A stretch of 64,000 nt of DNA, taken from an uncultured cyanobacterium (GTDB lineage: Bacteria > Cyanobacteriota > Cyanobacteriia > Cyanobacteriales > Nostocaceae). The notes beneath the pieces were generated by a model. That model worked only from the letters and a program-made list of their open reading frames with translations, ran no database searches and was not told the DNA's origin. Made by a program: the position numbers and the translations under genes. Each line of letters opens with the position of its first letter. Positions within the stretch are counted from its first letter, which is position 1. The DNA is taken from assembly GCA_963706595.1 (NCBI GenBank), contig OY970166.1, positions 5,216,001-5,280,000 on the forward strand. Direction: 5' to 3'. Below are positions 56,401 through 64,000 of this stretch, in pieces.

Positions 56401-56518
56401 CCTGCGCTATCTCTTTGAAGCCCCAACCATCGCTGAATTAGCGGCACTGATTACCCAAGAACTTGCCCAACAAACTGATATGGAACAACTCTTATCCGAA
56501 TTGGAGGACGAATCATGA
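53429..56518 (+). CDS. NRPS Interface(C-like)-A(Asp)-T
   Basis: The C-like domain has LPALCAD in place of HHxxxD. The A-domain pocket reads DLTKIGHI by eye (Asp-type). T domain GGHSL. Confidence 0.88.
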   Translation: MMQAIKGYQLSLQQKRLWQLQQQNNGEYFRHQVAVRLQGNLNFEKLQKVIAKISQQTDILRTIFQKNVGIKFPFQVIAETGKLPWDFCNLEAVIADDQTQKIAEIWHQVTAEHPFKVTLIKLGNAQHLLIITLPALCADTKTLDLLVSAIRDGYENLSSLETENIIQYLQVSEWQHELLAETDKSYWLQPQFNQTSQLILPTQTASPTGNQQAYDAVLVPETLSEKLKIQVDDLEDWLLTTWVVLLWRLTQQTEIVINYGSDGRPYEEIEKTLGTLSKWLPLNVSLAGALDFQELLEQIQLRRREILDCQDQWDCNPHLEANVSFAFHDWSFPGDADGVSFSLERLQIQDCPAQLQLACHRTDKGLMLQFHYNSQQFTPIAIERLQEEYFTLLESSLNQPRTSIAHLNVVGEQERQQLLVNWNQTQQDFATEDCLHARITQQAQATPGAIALRLGEQFLTYQELNERANQLAHYLQQQGIGTETLVGICLERSLEGIISLLAILKAGAAYVPLDPGMPPQRLSLMLADAPVALVLTQSQWCDKLPDTVTQVCLDTQWRIIAEQPTHNPNTEVKIHHLAYVIFTSGSTGKPKGVAVEHRGIMNYVDGIIERLQLPPGASYATVSTLGADLGNTAVFSALCTGGTLHIFSQEQVSDPVAFTTYCQSYPIDCLKIVPSHLAVLLSTGKTEDILPKQQLILGGEVATWDLIEQVRENAPNCQIFNHYGPTESTIGVLTYLVTEKVPTSKTVPLGRPLPNIEIYLLDQNLQPVPIGVPGEIYIGGAGLARGYYNQPELTAQRFISHPFQENCRLYQTGDQACYHPDGTLEFLGRVDQQIKIRGFRVELGEIEAQLREHPQIEEAVVAYRTDEWNGQHLDAYFAPGCLSGEEIRNFLRDRIPEYMIPSTFTPLSVLPRTASGKVDRQSLPAPNLTNEQQDYIAPRNSIESAIVEILSELLHLEQVSINANFFDLGGHSLLATQVMSRLRSTFGVEIPLRYLFEAPTIAELAALITQELAQQTDMEQLLSELEDES

Positions 56519-59500
56519 CCCCATCTGATCTCGCCCAACGCATCGCCTCCCTTCCCCCTGAAAAACAACAACAGCTATTACAACGATTACAACAGCAAAA
56601 ACAAACCAGTAACAATATTCCCCCACAACCCCGCACTGCCAGTAATGCTTTCCCCCTTTCTTTCTCCCAACAACGTCTGTGGTTTCTGCATCAACTAGAA
56701 CGAAATAATGCCTTTTATAATGTCCCTGGGGCAGTGCAAATTGACGGTAAGCTAGATGTCACTCTGCTGCAACAATGTTTTGCAGAGATTGTTTCTCGCC
56801 ATGAACTTCTTCGCACCCACTTTGAATTGCAGGGAGAGGAACCAAAGCAGGTAATTAATCCATCGTCAGAATTGACGATTCCCATCACGGATTTACAATC
56901 CCTGTTGGTAGCAGAACGCCAGCCAGAAATTCACAGACTAATTCAGGCAGAAGCCAGTAAACCATTTGACCTTTCCCAAGCCCCATTATTACGGATAAGT
57001 TTGCTCCGGTTACACCCCCAGCAACATATTCTGATATTTATCCTGCATCATATTGTCTCTGATGCTTGGTCACGGGGTGTGATGCTCCAGGAATTTACCG
57101 CCCTGTATAATAGTTTGCGCCAGAAACAGGCAATTCGCTTACCAGAATTACCAATTCAATATGCCGATTTCGCTGTTTGGCAACGGCAAAGATTAGAACA
57201 ACACGGCTTACAACAACAACTAGCCTATTGGCAAAAACAACTGTCTCCTTTGCCACCAGTTCTGGAATTACCCTGTGATTATCCCCGTCAAGAGGTGCAA
57301 ACCTTTAGCGGTGGACAAGTAAAACTGACGCTTTGTGATCAGTTAACCACACAACTACAAACCCTGAGCCAACGGGAAAATGTTACCCTGTTTATGACTC
57401 TGTTGCTAGGGTGGCAGATTTTACTCTCTCGTTACACAGGACAAACGGATATTACAGTCGGTTGCCCCATTGCTAATCGTAACCGTCCAGAAATTGAAAA
57501 TTTAATCGGCTTTTTTACCAATACTTTGGTCTTACGGACTGATTTAGCTAATAACCCCAGTTTCTCAGAAGCTTTACAAAGGGTGCGGGAAACCGCTTTA
57601 TCCGCCTATTCCCATCAAGATATTCCCTTTGAAAAATTAGTAGAAGTATTACAACCTGAACGCGATCTGAGTCGCCCTCCCTTATTTCAGGTGATGTTTG
57701 CCTTCCACGACTTGCCCATTTTACCTAACCTGCCCGATTTAGAACTCACTCTCCTAAATGCTGACAGTGGCACTGCAAAGTTTGATTTAAGTTTACTGAT
57801 GCGGTTAGATGCCGAGGAGGGTTTAATAGGAGTCTGGGAATATAACAGCGATCTGTTTGCTGAGGAAACTGTAGTGCGGATGGCGCAGCAGTTCCAGATT
57901 TTACTGCAAAATTTGGTCAAACATCCAGAAGAACAGATTACGAAAGTACCTCTTCTGACTCCAACCGAAGCACAAAACTTTGCCAGTTGGAATCATACAG
58001 CCGTTAATTATCCCCATGAATGTGTTCATCACTGCTTTACGGAACAAGTAGCAAAAACCCCTGAGCAAATTGCCCTGATTGCTGGGGAACAGCATTTGAC
58101 ATACCAAATTCTCAATCAATACGCAAATCAACTAGCCGATTACCTGAAAAAACAGGGGATTCAAGCTCACGATGTAGTGGGGATTAGTTTATTCCGAAAT
58201 CATTTCCTCCCCATTGCCGTGTTAGCGATACTCAAAGTTGGTGCGGCTTATGTTCCACTCGATCCAAATTATCCATTAGATCGTCTGGCATTTATGTTAG
58301 AGGATTCCCAGGCGAAAGTAGTATTAACCCATTCTGACATCAGCCCACAGTTACCCATATCAGCACCCACTATAGAAATAGATAGGCACTGGGATGAAAT
58401 TCTCCAGCGATCGCCGGAAAATCCACAAACCCTGATCACCGATGAGGCACTAGCTTACATTATCTATACCTCTGGATCAACTGGCAAACCGAAAGGTGTA
58501 GCCATGCCCCATCGTTCCCTTAACAATCTGATTAATTGGCAACGAAACCAGTCCCCATTGGGAATGAAAACCCTACAGTTTGCCTCACTCAGCTTTGATG
58601 TGTCTTTCCAAGAGTGCTTTGCCACTTGGAGTAGTGGGGGAACGTTAGTCATGATTTCCGAAGACCAAAGGCGCGATCCCGATCAGCTATTAGCAATCAT
58701 CAATGCACAAAATATTGAGCGGTTATTTCTGCCCTTTGTTGCTCTTTGTCAGTTAGCAGAATCTGCTCAACATCTGGGTTTATTTCCCTCGTCCTTAAAA
58801 GAGGTGATCACTGCTGGGGAACAGTTACAGATTACCCCAGTTATTCGCAGCTTTTTTCAACAACTCCCACACTGTCAATTAGTTAATCAATATGGTCCTT
58901 CCGAAACCCATGTTGTGACTGCTTATCGAATGACAGGTAATCCAGAAAATTGGCCTCAGTTACCACCTATTGGGACTCCGGTGGCAAATGTCCAAGTTTA
59001 TCTCCTCGATTGCCATCAAAATCGAGTTCCGGTTGGGGTGGCGGGGGAAATTTATATTGGTGGTATGGCAACAGCCAGAGGGTATTTAAACCGTCCTGAG
59101 TTAACCGCAAACCGTTTTCTTGATCATCCATTAGCTGATTCTCTGCTTTATAAAACTGGAGATTTAGCCCGCTATCTTCCCGATGGCAATTTGCAATACT
59201 TAGGACGGCAGGATCACCAAGTCAAAGTCCGGGGGTTTCGGATTGAACTGGGAGAAGTTGAGGCAGTTTTAGCTCAACATAGCGCGATCGCACACACAGC
59301 AGTAACAGTCAAAACTGATGACTCAGGAAGTTCCAGTCTCATTGCCTATATCGTTACTAATACTGAAGTCACTCATGAGGAATTACGACAATTTCTCAGT
59401 AAACAACTCCCCAACTACAGCATTCCTTCACAATTTGTGATTCTCGATGTCTTGCCCTTAACGCCCAGTGGCAAAGTAGATCGTCGGTCTCTCCCACAAA

Positions 59501-59865
59501 TACAAATGGCAAGACCAGAATTAACCACTACCTATACTGCACCTACTTCCACATTAGAACAGCAAATTGCAGATATCTGGCAAGACCTTCTGCAAATGGA
59601 CAAAGTGGGAATCCACGATAACTTTTTTGATTTGGGGGGACACTCTTTACTAATTATACGGGCGCGGAGTCGCTTAGAAGCCCTTCTCCAACGGGAAATT
59701 CCCCTCGTTACCCTATTTCAATATTCCACAATTCATGCTTTAGCAACTGAGCTAAATCAGCAATCTCCAAGCAATTCTCACTGGCAAGAAACCGCCAACC
59801 GGGGGCAAAAACGCGCCCAATTGATGGAACAACAACGCCAGCGTCGTCGAGGAAACAGAAATTAA
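56515..59865 (+). CDS. NRPS C-A(Pro-like)-T
   Basis: HHIVSDAWS; pocket reads DVQFIAQV by eye (Pro code DVQFIAHV with H to Q); YGPSETHVV; GGHSL. Confidence 0.9.
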   Translation: MTPSDLAQRIASLPPEKQQQLLQRLQQQKQTSNNIPPQPRTASNAFPLSFSQQRLWFLHQLERNNAFYNVPGAVQIDGKLDVTLLQQCFAEIVSRHELLRTHFELQGEEPKQVINPSSELTIPITDLQSLLVAERQPEIHRLIQAEASKPFDLSQAPLLRISLLRLHPQQHILIFILHHIVSDAWSRGVMLQEFTALYNSLRQKQAIRLPELPIQYADFAVWQRQRLEQHGLQQQLAYWQKQLSPLPPVLELPCDYPRQEVQTFSGGQVKLTLCDQLTTQLQTLSQRENVTLFMTLLLGWQILLSRYTGQTDITVGCPIANRNRPEIENLIGFFTNTLVLRTDLANNPSFSEALQRVRETALSAYSHQDIPFEKLVEVLQPERDLSRPPLFQVMFAFHDLPILPNLPDLELTLLNADSGTAKFDLSLLMRLDAEEGLIGVWEYNSDLFAEETVVRMAQQFQILLQNLVKHPEEQITKVPLLTPTEAQNFASWNHTAVNYPHECVHHCFTEQVAKTPEQIALIAGEQHLTYQILNQYANQLADYLKKQGIQAHDVVGISLFRNHFLPIAVLAILKVGAAYVPLDPNYPLDRLAFMLEDSQAKVVLTHSDISPQLPISAPTIEIDRHWDEILQRSPENPQTLITDEALAYIIYTSGSTGKPKGVAMPHRSLNNLINWQRNQSPLGMKTLQFASLSFDVSFQECFATWSSGGTLVMISEDQRRDPDQLLAIINAQNIERLFLPFVALCQLAESAQHLGLFPSSLKEVITAGEQLQITPVIRSFFQQLPHCQLVNQYGPSETHVVTAYRMTGNPENWPQLPPIGTPVANVQVYLLDCHQNRVPVGVAGEIYIGGMATARGYLNRPELTANRFLDHPLADSLLYKTGDLARYLPDGNLQYLGRQDHQVKVRGFRIELGEVEAVLAQHSAIAHTAVTVKTDDSGSSSLIAYIVTNTEVTHEELRQFLSKQLPNYSIPSQFVILDVLPLTPSGKVDRRSLPQIQMARPELTTTYTAPTSTLEQQIADIWQDLLQMDKVGIHDNFFDLGGHSLLIIRARSRLEALLQREIPLVTLFQYSTIHALATELNQQSPSNSHWQETANRGQKRAQLMEQQRQRRRGNRN

Positions 59866-59880
59866 TACTCACAAACAGAA

Positions 59881-62800
59881 ATGACAAACGATATTGCAAT
59901 TATTGGCATGAGCGGACGTTTCCCAGGTGCGAGTAGCATAGATGAGTTCTGGGAAAATCTCAAACAGGGAAAAGAAGCAATTACCCCCTTAAGCGATGAA
60001 CAGTTAAACCAAGGGGGAATTAGTCCGAATATTTATCAACAGCCCAACTATGTTAAAGCTGCACCCATTCTCAAAGATGATATTGCTGCCTTTGATGCAG
60101 ACTTCTTTGGTTATAGTCCCAGAGAAGCCGAAAGGAGTGACCCTCAACAACGCTTATTTTTGGAAGTAGCCTGGGAAGCTCTGGAAAATGCAGGTTGTCA
60201 CCATAAAACCTCTTCAGCCCGAATTGGCGTATTTGGTGGGGTAGGACGCAATACCTATCTTTTATTTAATCTGTACCACCAACTACATCAACTGGATTCT
60301 ATTGGGGCATTTCAAACCTTAATTGGTAATGATAAGGATTTTTTATCCACGCGCATCTCCTATTTATTAAATCTCACTGGCCCTAGTGTTACCATTCAAA
60401 CCGCTTGTTCTACTTCCCTTGTTGCTGTCCATACTGCCGTCTCTAGTTTACTCAGTGGCGAAAGTGATATTGCCCTAGCCGGGGGCGTTTCTTTAAAAGT
60501 TCCCCATATCGCAGGTTATCACTATCAACAAGGAGGCATATATTCCCCTGATGGTCACTGTCGCAGTTTTGATGCCCAAGCTCAAGGAACAGTGGGTGGT
60601 AGTGGTGCAGGAATAGTAGTTCTCAAACGCTTAGAAGATGCCCAGGCGGATGGCAATACCATTTATGCGGTAATTAAAGGGTCAGCCGTGAATAACGATG
60701 GATCAGCCAAGGTGGGTTACACCGCCCCCAGTGTTACAGGTCAAGCCAGTGCGATTCGGGAAGCCTTATTTGTGGCTGACATTGATCCTAGTACCATTCA
60801 ATATATCGAAACTCACGGTACAGCCACCCCATTAGGCGACCCCATTGAAGTCCAAGCACTGACTGAGGCTTTTCAAACCAGTACCCAACAGAAAAGATTT
60901 TGCGCTTTAGGGTCAGTTAAAAGTACCTGTGGGACATCTTGATGCCGCAGCAGGGGTGACAGGACTGATTAAAACTGTTCTGGCTCTCTATCATCAGGCA
61001 ATTCCGCCCAGTTTACATTTTCAACAACCGAACCCAGAAATTGATTTTGAGCATAGCCCGTTCTTTGTGAATACGACGCTAACACCTTGGCAACGCCAAG
61101 AAACGCCCCGGCGGGCAGGTGTGAGTGCCTTTGGCATTGGGGGAACCAATGCTCATGTAGTTTTAGAAGAAGCCCCAACGCCCTTTCCTAGTAGTGAATC
61201 TCGTCCTTGGCAATTACTGCTGATTTCAGCCAAAACTGCAACCGCCCTCACTAAGGCAACTGAGAACCTTGCCCAACATCTTACCAATCATCCTGATTTG
61301 AAACTCGCAGATGTTGCTTATACCCTCAACACTGGTCGTCAGGCATTTCCCTATCGAGGAATGGTAGTTTGTGCGGATTCAGCTTCAGCTATCACCCATT
61401 TGCAAGGTACAAATTCTCACTATTGCCCTGACAAATCTCCTGTGTTAACCTTTCTCTTCCCAGGACAGGGTACACAGTTTGTCAATATGGGGCGAGACTT
61501 ATATCAATCCGAATCTGTGTTTCGAGAACATCTGGATGCAGGATTAGAAAAACTCCAATCATTACTTAATCTCGATTTACGCCAAATTTTTTATCCTCCC
61601 CAGGGAAAAGAAGCTGCGGCACAAGCTCAATTAACGCAAACTAATATCACACAACCAGCGTTATTTATTTTTGAGTATGCTTTAGCCCGTCTCTGGCAAT
61701 CTTGGGGAATCCAGCCCCAAGCCATGATCGGACATAGTATTGGAGAGTATGTAGCAGCCTGTTTGGCTGATGTTCTTGCCTTTGCTGATGGGTTGTGCTT
61801 GGTGGTGCGACGCGCTCAATTAATGCAGTCGTTACCCACAGGAAAAATGTTGAGTGTGACGGCATCGGCTGTTGAAATTGCACCGTTATTGGGGGATGAT
61901 TTGACATTAGCGGCGATTAATGCTCCGCAATTGTGTGTAGTTTCCGGTGCAGAAAAGGCGATCGCCTCATTCCAGTCTCAATTAAACGCCAAAGGAATCA
62001 ACAATCATCTTCTGCATACATCCCATGCCTTTCATTCTCCGATGATGAACGCCATCTTGGAGAAATTTACAGATGAAGTCACAAAAGTTAAGTTAAATCC
62101 ACCGAAAATTCCTTTTATTTCTAACCTGACTGGAACTTGGATTACAAATGACCAAGCCACTAATCCCGCATACTGGGCAAAACAACTCCGCCACACAGTT
62201 CAGTTTGCCACTGGTGTTCAGGAACTCTTGCAACAAGAACGCTTATTCTTGGAAGTAGGCCCCGGAATTACCTTGAGTACGTTAGTCAAACAGCAACGGA
62301 CAACGGCAAAAGTAATCCATTCCATCCCTCACCCCAAAGCTAAAACGTCTGATAACGAGCAGATTTTACACGCCTTGGGAGAATTGTGGTTAAACGGAGT
62401 TTACCCTGATTGGTCAGAGTTTTATGCTCAACAAAAACGACAACTGCTTCCTTTACCCACCTATCCCTTTCAACGTCAGCGTTATTGGATTGATCCACCA
62501 AACACTCCAGCCGATCAAATATCTTCTCAAGCAAAACTTCGCAAAAATGACAATCTTAGCGAGTGGTTTTATGTTCCTTCTTGGAAAAGAGAACTGTTAC
62601 CCTTCCGAGAAAATCCCATCTCAACCACATCTTGGTTAATCTTTCTCGATGGGATGGGCTTAGGAGAAAGCATTGCCCAACGTTTGCAACAAAAGGGATA
62701 CACGGTTATCACTGTTCAACCCGGTAAAACCTTTACTCAACTCAAAGAACAGTCTTACGAAATTAATCCGGATACACGACAAGACTACGAAACCCTTTTT

Positions 62801-64000
62801 AGTACCCTAGCGCAACAGGATCAATTACCCCAACAACTTCTGCATCTGTGGAATGTCAACCAAAACTCTCAGCCAGCAGAAGAGTGCTTTTTTCAGTTGC
62901 TGTTTTTAGCCCAAGCCTTGGGTAAACAGAAGTTATCAAACAAGCTATTACTAACGGTGATCACCAGTCAACTGTACGATATTATCGGCACAGAAACTTT
63001 GTCTCCTGAAAAAGCCACGGTAGAGGGAATTTGTAAAGTGATTCCCCAAGAGTATCCGCAACTTCCCTGTCGCCTCATTGATCTTGATTTAACAGCGTTA
63101 AATGAACAGCAAGAATCTCTCGGTGAACAGTTAGTAGCAGAAGTTACAACTGAAAAAATATCAAGTGGCAATATTGCCTATCGTAACGGACATCGCTGGC
63201 GACAAACCTTTGATGCCATTTCTCTCACGACGCAGACTCATTCTTTGATTCGGGAGGGAGGTGTTTATTTGTTGACAGGGGGATTAGGGGGAATCGGTTT
63301 AGCTTTAGCTGAGATGATTGCAGCACACCCCAACATTAAACTCGTTTTAGTCAGTCGTTCGGGATTACCGGATCGCCGAGAGTGGCAAGATTGGCTAACT
63401 ACAGAAGCAGCAGAAAAAACTATCACCGACAAAATCCGGCGAGTGCAAGCCTTGGAAGCAAAGGGTGCGGAAGTTTTGGTTTTAGCGGCCGATGTTAGCG
63501 ATCGCACAGCGATGACAACAGCAATTCAAGAAGCGGAAGCACATTTTGGCATCATTAATGGCTTGATTCACACTGCTGGTATTCCTGGGGGAGGTATTAT
63601 CCAACTCAAAACTCCAGAAACAGCAGCAACCGTCCTCTCAGCAAAAGTACAAGGTACGCGCATCCTCAATGATTGCTTTGAGGATAAACCCCTAGATTTT
63701 ATGATTCTTAATTCATCTCTTAGTTCCATTATGGGGGGTGTGGGTCAAGTGGACTATTGTGCTGCCAATGCATTTCTTGACAGTTTCGCCCATTATCGTA
63801 CCCACCGTAAACATCAACTCACCCTTGCCATTAATTGGGACACTTGGCAGGAAGTGGGAATGGCTGTCAACACCACTATTCCCGAAAAGTTGCAAAAATT
63901 ACGTCAGGAAGGTCTAGAACTGGGTATTTCCCCTCAAGAAGGACAAGAAGCCTTCCGCCGCCTCTTAGGATTATCCTCTCCTCAAGTGATTGTCTGTACC
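59881..64000 (+). CDS. Type I PKS KS-AT-KR, +1 frameshift near 60927, 3' end outside the window
   Basis: KS QTACSTSL and HGTAT. GSVKS continues as VGHLDAAAG in the next frame. FLFPGQG, GHSIGE, HAFHS, LPTYPFQR, TGGLGGIG and DYCAAN all lie in that second frame. Confidence 0.88.

Noticed and set aside
59881..60942. Stand-alone KS protein of 353 aa
   Set aside because: It stops before the GHL catalytic motif, which continues in the next frame, so it is a frameshifted modular PKS.

Overview
Chromosomal segment of a heterocyst-type cyanobacterium (Nostocales-like), judged from abundant HIP1 GCGATCGC octamers, STRR heptamer tandems and the gene content. It contains the replication origin (dnaA-oriC-dnaN). 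The first ~39 kb is mostly core genes: a hybrid histidine kinase, ArsA/GET3, an AphC-like phytochrome/cyanobacteriochrome kinase, HtrA, def, gcvT-H-P, map, bvdR, petF, SpoIID, lepB, a Ser/Thr kinase-FGE protein, a PotC-like permease and a GT4. These are interleaved with many small repeats and MITEs, some nested. Two accessory modules stand out there: a three-gene HMA2/DUF5132 GxxxG membrane cluster resembling ferrosome (fez) accessory genes but with no adjacent P1B ATPase, and an LRR-Roc-COR-TM protein whose 69-bp repeats have a fixed framework and hypervariable binding-face positions. From ~39 kb to the window end lies a hybrid lipopeptide cluster: divergent MFS and DevBCA exporters, then FAAL-ACP-KS-AT-MT-ACP, C-beta-hydroxylase, Interface-A(Asp)-T, C-A(Pro-like)-T and KS-AT-KR (runs off the window). 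It is predicted to make a beta-hydroxyaspartate lipopeptide that I cannot match to a known compound. Five single-base indels break four genes; these are either assembly errors or recent pseudogenisation. All calls are by eye; no database searches were run.
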